DNA of 64,000 nt from positions 11,055 through 75,054 of the forward strand of contig CAJWLO010000002.1 in the NCBI GenBank assembly GCA_913043235.1, written 5' to 3'. The DNA comes from an uncultured Fidelibacterota bacterium (GTDB lineage Bacteria; Fidelibacterota; Marinisomatia; Marinisomatales; UBA1611). Of the stretch, positions 20,578 to 30,142 are shown piece after piece; position 1 is the first letter of the stretch, and each line of letters starts with the position of its first letter. A program made the position numbers and the translations under genes. Under the pieces are notes generated by a model. It searched no databases. It was not told where the DNA came from and worked only from the letters and a program-made list of their open reading frames with translations.

Positions 20578-21345
20578 ATGCCCGTTGGCAGTACTCAACT
20601 GCCAACGGGCACTTCACAAGGTCCTCTATCCGGTACTCCATTTGAACAGGAACCTGATCAGTCTTATTATGAGACGCCAGATCAGTTTATAAAAATCCCA
20701 ACCGGTATCGCTTTGATCGGTGAAGGAGATGACAGCCATTCTATTTCAATAAATTCTTTTGAGATTAGTAAGTTCCCGGTAACAAACCTCGCCTATCAGC
20801 GATTTATAGAACAGACTAATCACACTCTTCCTTCTCATTGGCATAGGGGATTTCCTGAAATCCTATGTGATCATCCTGTTGTGGAAGTGAACTGGTATGA
20901 TGCTATAGCCTATTGTAAATGGTTAAGCGATGCTACAGGAGTTAAACATAGAATTCCCACAGAAATTGAATGGGAACGAGCTGCTCGCGGTGTGGAAAAT
21001 AATGTATACCCTTGGGGAAATTCTTTCAATTTCAAAAATTGCAATTGTTGGGAATTAGGCGTTGGGTGGACCACACCAGTGAACTGTTTTTTAAGTAGTG
21101 CAAGTTCATTTGGTGTCCTTGATATGGTTGGGAATGTCTGGGAATGGTGCAGTACCCTATTTATTGATTACCCCTATAAGGTTCATGATGGAAGAGAAGA
21201 TTTTGAAGTAGATGGTTGGCGGGTTCTCCGTGGCGGTTCTTGGATGGATCATGAATGGGGAGTTCGTGCTGCACGACGCTTAAGTGGGAATCCAATTGCT
21301 TTTAGCCATAATACAGGATTTCGTGTTATCCGAGAAATATCTTGA
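20578..21345 (+). CDS. FGE-sulfatase (SUMF1/EgtB/NirV)-fold protein without the FGE catalytic cysteines
   Basis: 'PVTN..Y..F', 'HPVVEVNWYDAIAYC', 'RIPTEIEWERAARG', 'DMVGNVWEW', 'RGGSW', 'GFR'. Confidence 0.88.
   Translation: MPVGSTQLPTGTSQGPLSGTPFEQEPDQSYYETPDQFIKIPTGIALIGEGDDSHSISINSFEISKFPVTNLAYQRFIEQTNHTLPSHWHRGFPEILCDHPVVEVNWYDAIAYCKWLSDATGVKHRIPTEIEWERAARGVENNVYPWGNSFNFKNCNCWELGVGWTTPVNCFLSSASSFGVLDMVGNVWEWCSTLFIDYPYKVHDGREDFEVDGWRVLRGGSWMDHEWGVRAARRLSGNPIAFSHNTGFRVIREIS
20579..20611. repeat. Perfect 14-bp inverted repeat
   Basis: tgcccgttggcagt-actca-actgccaacgggca; overlaps ATG 20578; no U-tract follows. Confidence 0.85.
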
Positions 21346-21385
21346 TGAAAAATCAAATTAATTAATATAAATAAATAGAAAAAAA

Positions 21386-21799
21386 ATGAAGAAAACAACA
21401 AATAAACTTAATAGTAATGGAAAAGATCTTACTATAACAAAAGATTCAGTAATTGAAGCACTCAGAGATTGCTATGACCCTTGCTGTGAAGATCGGGGAA
21501 TTAGTGTAGTTGATATGGGGTTAATTGAAGATATTAAAGTGAATAATAGAAAGGTTGATATTGAAATATTATTAACTACAGGATGGTGTCCATCAGTATC
21601 TATTCTATTTAAGATGATGAAGGAGAGGATTGAAGAATTTGAAGAAGTTGATAATGTTGATGTTAAGGTTGTCTGGGATCCAGTGTGGACAATGGAAAGG
21701 CTTTCAGAATCAGCGAGAAAAAAACTTACAATTCCATTGAAAGAATTGATTCCATTAAAGAAAAAACAATTATTAGAACAACAACAAGGAGGAAAATAA
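21386..21799 (+). CDS. DUF59/SufT-like metal-sulfur cluster assembly factor
   Basis: 'ALRDCYDPCC..GISVVDMGLI', 'LTTGWCP', 'VWDPVWTMERLS'. Confidence 0.88.
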   Translation: MKKTTNKLNSNGKDLTITKDSVIEALRDCYDPCCEDRGISVVDMGLIEDIKVNNRKVDIEILLTTGWCPSVSILFKMMKERIEEFEEVDNVDVKVVWDPVWTMERLSESARKKLTIPLKELIPLKKKQLLEQQQGGK

Positions 21800-21800
21800 A

Positions 21801-22808
21801 ATGGCAATACCAAAAGATGTATTCGTATTCGACTGTGTTTGTCACATTTTCAATTTTGACAAGTCAAACGCATTTGACTCAGCTGGTGATCTTTTTGATG
21901 AACACCTTTATGCGTTTCACGCTTTTTTAACTAAAGAAGGTGAAAAAGTTATTGACCGTGATGACTTTTTTCGCGAATGGAGCGTGGATGAAATCTATGA
22001 TATGGTTATTGAAGAATCCGATACAGATATGATTGTCTCACAACCCCTCCCGCTCACTGATCTTTTCAAGGATGGTTTGTCCCCATGGGAGAAATGTGCA
22101 GAAATGGCGCAAAAGCATCCAGACCGTGCTGTATTTTGGGGATCAATTAATCCTCTTGAAGGGAAAAAAGCATTGGATTTAATGGAAGTACAAGTTAAGG
22201 AATATGGAGCAAAAGGATTCAAACTTTACAATGTACGATATGACTATGGACAGCCGTTTCCATGGAGGATGGATGATCCGCGTGTTGCTTATCCTGTATT
22301 TGAAAAAGCACAGGAACTTGGCATCAATCTTATTGGAGTACATAAAGGTGTGCCTCTTGGTCCACAACCAGTAGAGCATACCCGGACTTTTGATATGGAT
22401 GGAGCAGCTTCAAACTTCCCAGATATTAATTTCGTGATCTTTCATATTGGTTTGCCCTGGCTTGATGAAGTTCTCTGGCAGACAATACGCTATCCGAATT
22501 TATATGCATCCATTGCTGCCACATTGAATTTCATTGGTCGTCATCCAAGGGTATTTGCGGAAATAATGGCCAAACTGATGTGGTGGTGTGGTGAAGATAA
22601 GGTGATTTATGGAGGTGAAGCACCTATATGGCATCCACAATGGGCATTGGAAGAATTCTGGAACTTTGAGCTCCCCGAAGATCTGACAACAGAATATGGA
22701 TATCCACCACTGACAGAACAAGCCAAAAGGAAGATATTAGGAGAAAATCTAGCCCGGCTCCATGGTATGGACTTAGATGCAAAGAAAAAGGAATTGGGTT
22801 TAGCCTAA
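21801..22808 (+). CDS. Amidohydrolase-superfamily (Amidohydro_2) metalloprotein
   Basis: RBS aggagg; 'FDCVCH', 'GFKLY', 'HKG', 'FPDINFVIFHIGLP', 'KILGENLARLHG'. Confidence 0.88.
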   Translation: MAIPKDVFVFDCVCHIFNFDKSNAFDSAGDLFDEHLYAFHAFLTKEGEKVIDRDDFFREWSVDEIYDMVIEESDTDMIVSQPLPLTDLFKDGLSPWEKCAEMAQKHPDRAVFWGSINPLEGKKALDLMEVQVKEYGAKGFKLYNVRYDYGQPFPWRMDDPRVAYPVFEKAQELGINLIGVHKGVPLGPQPVEHTRTFDMDGAASNFPDINFVIFHIGLPWLDEVLWQTIRYPNLYASIAATLNFIGRHPRVFAEIMAKLMWWCGEDKVIYGGEAPIWHPQWALEEFWNFELPEDLTTEYGYPPLTEQAKRKILGENLARLHGMDLDAKKKELGLA

Positions 22809-22821
22809 TTTATTATCGTGA

Positions 22822-22872
22822 AAGGAACTGAAGGGTTTAATTATCTTATCTTTATCTTCCCTTCAGTTCCTT
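22822..22872. terminator. 14-bp stem-loop closing the amidohydrolase unit
   Basis: aaggaactgaaggg-(23-nt loop)-cccttcagttcctt. Confidence 0.6.
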
Positions 22873-23075
22873 ATCGTATTTGTAAAACGATTAATATATT
22901 ATTGATAGAACTTTTTTTAAGAATCAATTATAAAAAAATACTAGTGTAGATGTCATGTTTACAATTTTTCAAACTAAAATTAAATAAATCATCTAATATT
23001 ATTTGGGAAGAATGGATATTATAAATTATCGAAAGATACAATCAGCATTGGTAAATAAGAATAAAGGCATTTAAA

Positions 23076-23663
23076 ATGGATCATATTTACAATATAGCCA
23101 AGTTTTTACATGTTATTGGTTTTGCATTTATGTCCATCCCATTATTCAATTTGATTATTGTTAATGAAAGAGCGCTTATGGGGCCATCGCTTAATTATGC
23201 CACAGACCGTTATTTTGAAAATATCATTAAACGAGGAGCCATCCGTTGTTATGTATTTCAATGTACAGTGTTCCTATCAGGGATAGTAATTTTATTTCTC
23301 GGCTCAGGCTTAAATGCTATTTGGTCCAACTGGGTATTAACTGCCAAAACACTCATTTTGCTTTTGCTAATAAGTTTACTTTCCTATGTTCATTTTTCAA
23401 TCCAGCCGAAAATTGAGAGCCTGCTGGAGTCTTTAACACCTACTGAATTGACCTCTGAAGATTTGCCAGAAAAACTTGCCCCATTTCGAATTCTACGTAA
23501 AAAATTGGCTACAGTATGTCTATTCTTAGTAATTACGGCCATTATACTTGGCGTTCAGACAAACTATCGTTTCCATCCATTTGTTTCATTGTTTTTGCTT
23601 CTTCTTGCAGCTGGTTTTTCATTACGTGCAAACAAATCCTTGATTCGTTTTGGCTGGTTTTAA
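23076..23663 (+). CDS. Integral membrane protein (about 5 TM), DUF2269/CopD-like topology
   Basis: Hydrophobic helices with His in 'FLHVIG' and 'YVHF'. Confidence 0.7.
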   Translation: MDHIYNIAKFLHVIGFAFMSIPLFNLIIVNERALMGPSLNYATDRYFENIIKRGAIRCYVFQCTVFLSGIVILFLGSGLNAIWSNWVLTAKTLILLLLISLLSYVHFSIQPKIESLLESLTPTELTSEDLPEKLAPFRILRKKLATVCLFLVITAIILGVQTNYRFHPFVSLFLLLLAAGFSLRANKSLIRFGWF

Positions 23664-23777
23664 AATCTTGATTAAACGATTGATAAAGGACAGTATCAAA
23701 GCTGAATTAGAAACCTATCCTTAAAAACTGGTATAATATTTTTTTAAATAATTAAATAAAATTATAGAAATTATTTG

Positions 23778-25679
23778 ATGTCTTATTTAAGTGAATACCA
23801 AGATTCAATTAATAATCCAGATAAGTATTGGCAAAATCATGCCGAAAAAATCCATTGGTTTAAATTTCCAGAATCCATTCTTTCAAAAAGTAAGCAAGGT
23901 CATTATCGTTGGTTTGAAGGAGGTGAGCTAAACACTTGCTATTTGGCCTTGGATCAGCATGTGCTGAGAGGTCGTGGTGACCAACTCGCTCTTATTTATG
24001 ATTCACCTGTTACAAATAGTAAAAGGTCTTTTACTTATAATGAATTGTTAGAGCAAGTATCCCATTTTGCTGGTGTATTGGCTAATCTTGGAATTGAAAA
24101 AGGGGATCGTGTTGTTATCTATATGCCCATGGTGCCGGAGGCTGTAATTGCAATGTTGGCCAGTGCTAGATTGGGAGCCATCCATTCGGTTGTTTTTGGT
24201 GGATTTGCTTCAAATGAATTAGCGATAAGAATAGATGATGCAAAACCAAAAATAATTATATCATCCACATGCGGTATTGAATTCAAAAATATAATACCAT
24301 ATAAACCGTTGTTGGATGCTGCCATAGAATCAGCTCTTCATAAACCGGATCACACTATAATCCTAAAACGTCCTCAAGAAAATTGCGAACTTATTGATGG
24401 AAGGGATCATGATTGGGAAGATTGCATGAGCCAAGCAAGTCGGCACAATATTGTTCCTGTAAAAAGTACTGATCCGCTATATATATTGTATACTTCTGGA
24501 ACAACTGGGAAACCGAAAGGGATTGTCCGTGACAATGGAGGTCATGCTGTCTCTCTGAATTACAGTATGGATGCCATTTACGATATTTCTCCCGGAGATG
24601 TATATTGGGCCGCTTCTGATGTAGGTTGGGTTGTGGGGCATTCATACATCGTATATGCTCCTCTGATTCGTGGTTGTACCACAATCCTTTTTGAGGGTAA
24701 GCCAGTTAGAACACCCGATCCCGGTTCATTCTGGCGTGTCATAGAAGAATATAATGTTAAAACATTTTTTACAGCTCCTACTGCATTTCGGGCAATAAAA
24801 AAAGAAGACGCTGACGGAAAATTTATAGAAAAATATAATTTATCAACATTAGAATCCGTTTTTCTAGCTGGTGAGAGACTTGATCCTCCAACCTATAAAT
24901 GGCTGTCTGATCTTTTGGATTGTCCTGTGATTGATCATTGGTGGCAGACTGAAACAGGCTGGCCGATTTGTTCAAATATGTTGGGTACTGAATTGAAAAA
25001 AATCAAGATGGGATCTGCCACCGTACCCGTTCCTGGGTTTGATGTTCAGATTCTTAATAAGCATGGTCGCCGCGTGAAATCTTCAGAGACCGGGAGCATT
25101 GTTATAAAACTTCCGTTACCTCCTGGATGCTTGCCTACTTTATGGAATGATAATGAACGCTATGAAAGTTCCTATTTATCTTCATTCCCTGGGTATTACC
25201 TAACTGGAGATGGGGGTTATATAGATAATGATGGGTATGTATTTGTAATGGGTAGGACTGACGATGTAATTAATGTTGCTGGGCACCGTTTATCCACTGG
25301 TGAAATGGAAGAATTAATAGGAAGTCATAGAGCAGTAGCAGAATGCGCTGTTGTTGGTGTTGCTGATCAGCTCAAAGGTCAAGTTCCTGCGGGTTTTGTA
25401 GTACTCAAGGATGGGTTTAGTTTGCAAAATGAAGACTTGGTAACTGATTTGATTATGATTATTCGCAACAATATTGGAGCAGTTGCTAATTTTAAACAGA
25501 TAGCTATTCTGAAAAGATTACCTAAAACAAGGTCAGGAAAGATATTGAGAAAATCCATAAGAGCCTTGGCAGATCAAGGTCAAACGGAAATCCCATCTAC
25601 AATTGATGATCCCACTGTTATAGAAGAAATAAAACTTGTTTTAAAAAAGCTACAAATTGGAATGGCCTTTCATAATTGA
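23778..25679 (+). CDS. prpE: Propionyl-CoA/short-chain acyl-CoA synthetase
   Basis: 'YILYTSGTTGKPKGIVRDNGGH', 'AASDVGWVVGHSY', 'DHWWQTETG', 'LPKTRSGKILR'. Confidence 0.88.
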   Translation: MSYLSEYQDSINNPDKYWQNHAEKIHWFKFPESILSKSKQGHYRWFEGGELNTCYLALDQHVLRGRGDQLALIYDSPVTNSKRSFTYNELLEQVSHFAGVLANLGIEKGDRVVIYMPMVPEAVIAMLASARLGAIHSVVFGGFASNELAIRIDDAKPKIIISSTCGIEFKNIIPYKPLLDAAIESALHKPDHTIILKRPQENCELIDGRDHDWEDCMSQASRHNIVPVKSTDPLYILYTSGTTGKPKGIVRDNGGHAVSLNYSMDAIYDISPGDVYWAASDVGWVVGHSYIVYAPLIRGCTTILFEGKPVRTPDPGSFWRVIEEYNVKTFFTAPTAFRAIKKEDADGKFIEKYNLSTLESVFLAGERLDPPTYKWLSDLLDCPVIDHWWQTETGWPICSNMLGTELKKIKMGSATVPVPGFDVQILNKHGRRVKSSETGSIVIKLPLPPGCLPTLWNDNERYESSYLSSFPGYYLTGDGGYIDNDGYVFVMGRTDDVINVAGHRLSTGEMEELIGSHRAVAECAVVGVADQLKGQVPAGFVVLKDGFSLQNEDLVTDLIMIIRNNIGAVANFKQIAILKRLPKTRSGKILRKSIRALADQGQTEIPSTIDDPTVIEEIKLVLKKLQIGMAFHN

Positions 25680-25777
25680 AAGATAATAGCCTTATAATAT
25701 AAAAAATTGGTAAATTGAAGTATCAAGAAGCGTCACCTTGATTATGCACATGAGTTTTTTATTAAGGGGAGGATGCT

Positions 25778-26665
25778 ATGATACCAGGTTCTTTTAATTA
25801 CCACTCGCCGTCATCTTTGGATGAGGCCATAAAGCTGTTGGAAGATCTTGGTGATGACGCCAAAATCCTAGCCGGCGGACACAGTTTAATACCCATGATG
25901 AAACTTCGATTGGCTGAACCGGATCATTTGGTGGATATTAATGGTCTATCGGATCTTGATTATATCAGAGAAGAAGTGGGTGTGCTTTGTATTGGGGCAA
26001 TGGCGAGAGAATCTGCTCTAGAAAATTCTGAACTAATCGCAGAAAAATACCCTATTCTGAAGGATACTTCTGAAGTAATTGCAGATCCACTAGTACGAAA
26101 TTTGGCTACTGTGGGTGGAAATATCGCACATGGTGATCCAGCAAATGATCATCCTGCCACGATGGTAGCGCTGGATGCTGAAGTTGTGGCATCGGGTCCC
26201 TCAGGATTATTGGGAAGTGGTAGAAGAACTATTGCCATTGATGATTTTTTTCAGGGTCCTCTAATGACGGCACTTACAGATAATGAAATTTTGACTGAGA
26301 TTCGGATTCCAAGTCCAAATGGTAAATTCGGCGCTGCATATAAAAAAATGGAGCGCAAAGTGGGTGACTATGCCATCGCAGGTTCTGCCGCCGCATTAAA
26401 TTTTGATGGGGATACTTGTAGTAAGGCAGGAATTGCTTTAACTAATGTAGGGCCAACACCGGTCCGTTGTTCTGATGCGCAGGATGTGTTGGTAGGTACT
26501 AGCGTATCGCAGGAAGATGCAGATGAGGCAGGTAAACTTGCAGCAGCAGCATCCCAGCCAGTGGGTGACCATCGTGGCTCAGAAGAGTATAAGCGAGCAG
26601 TAGTAAAAGTGCTGACATCACGGGCTATTATGAAAGCTAAAGAAAGAGCAGAAGGAGGGAGTTAA
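25778..26665 (+). CDS. coxM: Aerobic CO dehydrogenase medium (FAD) subunit
   Basis: '[13 protein letters not shown]', '[19 protein letters not shown]', 'RKVGDYA'. Confidence 0.95.
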   Translation: MIPGSFNYHSPSSLDEAIKLLEDLGDDAKILAGGHSLIPMMKLRLAEPDHLVDINGLSDLDYIREEVGVLCIGAMARESALENSELIAEKYPILKDTSEVIADPLVRNLATVGGNIAHGDPANDHPATMVALDAEVVASGPSGLLGSGRRTIAIDDFFQGPLMTALTDNEILTEIRIPSPNGKFGAAYKKMERKVGDYAIAGSAAALNFDGDTCSKAGIALTNVGPTPVRCSDAQDVLVGTSVSQEDADEAGKLAAAASQPVGDHRGSEEYKRAVVKVLTSRAIMKAKERAEGGS

Positions 26666-26666
26666 T

Positions 26667-27158
26667 ATGGCCACACAATCAATTACAGTGACAATTAATG
26701 GAGAACCCAGAACTGCTGAAGTGGAAGATAGATTGCTTTTGGTTCACTTGATCCGTGATAATTGTGCATTAACTGGAACTCATATAGGATGCGATACCAC
26801 CCATTGTGGTGCATGTACAGTTCTTTTGGATGGAACAGCAGTTAAATCTTGTACAGTTTTTGCTGTTCAAGCTAATGGAAGAGAAGTAACTACCATTGAA
26901 GGGATGGAAGGAGAAACACTTCACCCATTACAAGAAGGCTTTATGGAAGAACATGGTTTGCAGTGCGGTTTTTGTACACCAGGGATGATTATGTCATCAA
27001 AACACTTACTAGATAATAATCCAACCCCAACTGAAGATGAAATTCGTTGGGGAATTTCTGGAAATCTATGCCGTTGTACTGGTTACCAAAACATTGTAAA
27101 AGCGGTGCAATATGCATCAAACACACTTCAAGAAAAAGCTACAGAAGGAGGCGAATAA
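26667..27158 (+). CDS. coxS: Aerobic CO dehydrogenase small (2Fe-2S) subunit
   Basis: '[10 protein letters not shown]', 'QCGFCTPG', '[15 protein letters not shown]'. Confidence 0.95.
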   Translation: MATQSITVTINGEPRTAEVEDRLLLVHLIRDNCALTGTHIGCDTTHCGACTVLLDGTAVKSCTVFAVQANGREVTTIEGMEGETLHPLQEGFMEEHGLQCGFCTPGMIMSSKHLLDNNPTPTEDEIRWGISGNLCRCTGYQNIVKAVQYASNTLQEKATEGGE

Positions 27159-29524
27159 TGTCAAAATGTAAAACATCTCCTGAAGTTGGAGGAATGGGAC
27201 ATTCAATTAAACGTAAAGAAGACCCAAGATTCATACGCGGCCAGGGAAACTATGTGGATGATGTTGTTAGGCCAGGTATGGTATTTATGGATATTGTACG
27301 CAGTCCATATGCACATGCTAAAATTAAGAGTATTAATACAGAGAAAGCACTAGCACACCCCGGTGTTGCTGCAGTAATTACGGGTGAAACTTTGAAGGAA
27401 TACAATCTTCATATGATGCCCACTTTAATGTCCGATACACAGATGGTTTTACCAATCGATAAAGTTTGCTATCAGGCCCAGGAAGTGGCAGCGGTGGTTG
27501 CCACTGATCGTTACAGTGCTGCAGATGGAGTGGAATTGGTAGAAGTGGAATACGAGCCACTTCCTGTTGTGGTTGATCCACATAAGGCGACTGAACCAGA
27601 TGCACCAATAATACGGGATGATAAAGAAGGTCAGGAAAATAATCATATTTTTCACTGGGAGGCAGGCGATAAGGCAGAGACAGAAGAAATTTTCAACAAT
27701 GCAGATGTAACAGTAAAAGAAGATATTTATCTTCCTCGAATTCATGTTGCATCGATTGAAACATGTGGCTGTATTTCAGAGTTTGATTCTGTAACGGGTA
27801 GACTCACGGTTTGGTTGACCACGCAGGCCCCGCATGCTATACGCACTGTGGTTGCATTGGTAGCCGGGCATGTGGGACTCCAAGAAGATAAAATCCGTAT
27901 CATCTCGCCTGATATAGGCGGAGGTTTCGGTGGCAAGGTCCCAGTTTACCCAGGTTATGTAATCGCTATTGCGGCTTCCGTTGTTACAGGGCTACCAATT
28001 AAATGGATAGAAGATCGACGTGAAAATCTGCAAGCAGATTCATTTGCCAGAGATTATCATATGACTTGTGAGATAGCTGCCGATAAGGATGGTACATTAA
28101 ATGGTTTGAGAATCAAAACGCTGGCAGACCATGGTTATGCTGATGCTGCAGCAAATCCATCAAAGTTCCCTGCGGGTATGTTTTCAATTTGCACTGGTTC
28201 TTATGATTTCAAGAAAGCTTTTGTGGAAGTGGATGGTGTTTATACCAATAAACCGCCAGGTGGGATAGCATACCGTTGCTCGTTCCGGGTTACAGAAGCA
28301 GTCCATGCAATTGAACGTATGGTAGATGTTGTTGCGGATGAAATAGGTATGGATGCAGCTGAAATTAGAATGAATAATTTTATTCCAAAGGATGCTTTCC
28401 CTTATCAATCACCCATGGGTTGGGAATATGACAGCGGTGATTATCATGGCGCATTAAAGCTAGCCATGGATAAGATTGGCTATGATGAACTTTTAAAGGA
28501 ACAAGCTGAGAAACGTGAAAAAGGTGAACTTATGGGAATAGGTATTTCATCATTTACTGAAGTCGTCGGGGCTGGCCCTTCCAAGGATTTTGATATTCTT
28601 GGAATTAAAATGTTTGATAGCTCTGAAATACGTATACATCCGACAGGAAAAGTGATCGCCCGTTTTGGTACAAAATCACAGGGACAGGGACATGAAACGA
28701 CTTACGCTCAAATTATTGCAGAAGAATTAGGCATACCTCATTCTGATGTAACTGTTGAAGAAGGAGATACAGATACTGCACCTTATGGTTTAGGAACCTA
28801 TGCCAGTAGATCAACGCCCACTGCAGGTGCAGCAGCAGCGGTGGCTTGCCGGAAAATCAAGGATAAATCTCAGAAGATAGCGGCTCATTTGTTAGAAGTA
28901 GCGGAAGAAGATCTGGAATGGGAAGTTGGGAAATTTTCAGTAAAAGGTGTACCGGATAAGTCAGTTACGATTCAAGAGGTTGCCTTTGCTGCTTATACCA
29001 ACCATCCGCAGGGATTAGAAGCAGGATTAGAAGCTACACATTATTATGATCCTCCTAATATGACTTATCCTTTTGGAAGCTATATTGCTGTTGTGGATAT
29101 TGATCCTGATACTGGAGAAGTAAAGATACGTAGGTTTGTGGCGATCGATGATTGTGGAAATATAATTAATCCTATGATCGTTGAAGGCCAAATTCATGGA
29201 GGTTTGACACAAGGTTTGGCACCTGCTCTATTTGAAGAAATTAGCTACGATGATGAAGGGAATATAACTGGTGGCAGTTTTATGGAATACTTAGTTCCTA
29301 CAGCGGTTGAGACTCCTCATTGGGAAACAGATAAAACAATAACTCCTTCACCTCATCATCCATTAGGTGCTAAAGGAGTAGGAGAGTCACCAACCGTGGG
29401 AGCGCCTCCTGCAATTGCAAATGCTGTAGTCGATGCTTTATCTCACCTTGGTGTAAGGCATATAGATATACCTATTACACCAGAAAAGGTATGGCGTGCT
29501 ATTCATAAGCAGAATGCTGCTTGA
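27158..29524 (+). CDS. coxL: Form I aerobic Mo-Cu CO dehydrogenase large subunit
   Basis: Diagnostic AYRCSFR at 28268-28288; M-S-L gene order; TAATG overlap start. Confidence 0.97.
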   Translation: MSKCKTSPEVGGMGHSIKRKEDPRFIRGQGNYVDDVVRPGMVFMDIVRSPYAHAKIKSINTEKALAHPGVAAVITGETLKEYNLHMMPTLMSDTQMVLPIDKVCYQAQEVAAVVATDRYSAADGVELVEVEYEPLPVVVDPHKATEPDAPIIRDDKEGQENNHIFHWEAGDKAETEEIFNNADVTVKEDIYLPRIHVASIETCGCISEFDSVTGRLTVWLTTQAPHAIRTVVALVAGHVGLQEDKIRIISPDIGGGFGGKVPVYPGYVIAIAASVVTGLPIKWIEDRRENLQADSFARDYHMTCEIAADKDGTLNGLRIKTLADHGYADAAANPSKFPAGMFSICTGSYDFKKAFVEVDGVYTNKPPGGIAYRCSFRVTEAVHAIERMVDVVADEIGMDAAEIRMNNFIPKDAFPYQSPMGWEYDSGDYHGALKLAMDKIGYDELLKEQAEKREKGELMGIGISSFTEVVGAGPSKDFDILGIKMFDSSEIRIHPTGKVIARFGTKSQGQGHETTYAQIIAEELGIPHSDVTVEEGDTDTAPYGLGTYASRSTPTAGAAAAVACRKIKDKSQKIAAHLLEVAEEDLEWEVGKFSVKGVPDKSVTIQEVAFAAYTNHPQGLEAGLEATHYYDPPNMTYPFGSYIAVVDIDPDTGEVKIRRFVAIDDCGNIINPMIVEGQIHGGLTQGLAPALFEEISYDDEGNITGGSFMEYLVPTAVETPHWETDKTITPSPHHPLGAKGVGESPTVGAPPAIANAVVDALSHLGVRHIDIPITPEKVWRAIHKQNAA

Positions 29525-29553
29525 TACCCCTATTTATATACATTAAATAAAGA

Positions 29554-30132
29554 GTGAAAGTAGAGATTTCAAAAACCTTCTCTATACGTGCGCCTGTGAG
29601 TAAAGTATGGGGATTAATGACTGATGTGAAAAAAGTATCTTCTTGTATCCCTGGGGCTCAGTATGAGCAAGATATGGGTGATAATAAACACTCCGTGATG
29701 ATGGTTGTGAAGGTTGGTCCAATTAAATCGAGTTATCGAGGTGAAGTATCTATACGATCAATGGATCAGGAAAATCATATTATTGAAATTGATGGGAAGG
29801 GCACAGATACCAAAGGTAAGGGAGGTGCTACGATGGAGTTAGTTGGCTCAATAACGGATAAAGGAGATGGGACATCTGAAGTTAAGGGTGACTCCACCAT
29901 TACAATACAAGGTATGCTTGCACAATTTGGTTCCCGTATGATTGAAGATGTTTCTAACCAATTATTCCTACAATTTACCGCATCACTTGCTGAAGTTTTG
30001 GAAGGTAATGGTAAAAATTTAGTTAATGATAATCAAGCTGCGGATGCATTGAGCGGAGTTGCTGTGGCATTGGCGGCTATTAAAGGTGTATTTGGGCGAT
30101 TGATGGATAAGTTAAAATCGAAAAAAGAATAA
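29554..30132 (+). CDS. coxG: CoxG/SRPBCC protein with C-terminal amphipathic anchor
   Basis: 'VW.LMTD...SCIPGA', 'KVGPI', 'LAQFGSRMIEDVS'. Confidence 0.88.
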   Translation: MKVEISKTFSIRAPVSKVWGLMTDVKKVSSCIPGAQYEQDMGDNKHSVMMVVKVGPIKSSYRGEVSIRSMDQENHIIEIDGKGTDTKGKGGATMELVGSITDKGDGTSEVKGDSTITIQGMLAQFGSRMIEDVSNQLFLQFTASLAEVLEGNGKNLVNDNQAADALSGVAVALAAIKGVFGRLMDKLKSKKE

Positions 30133-30142
30133 GATCTACAAT

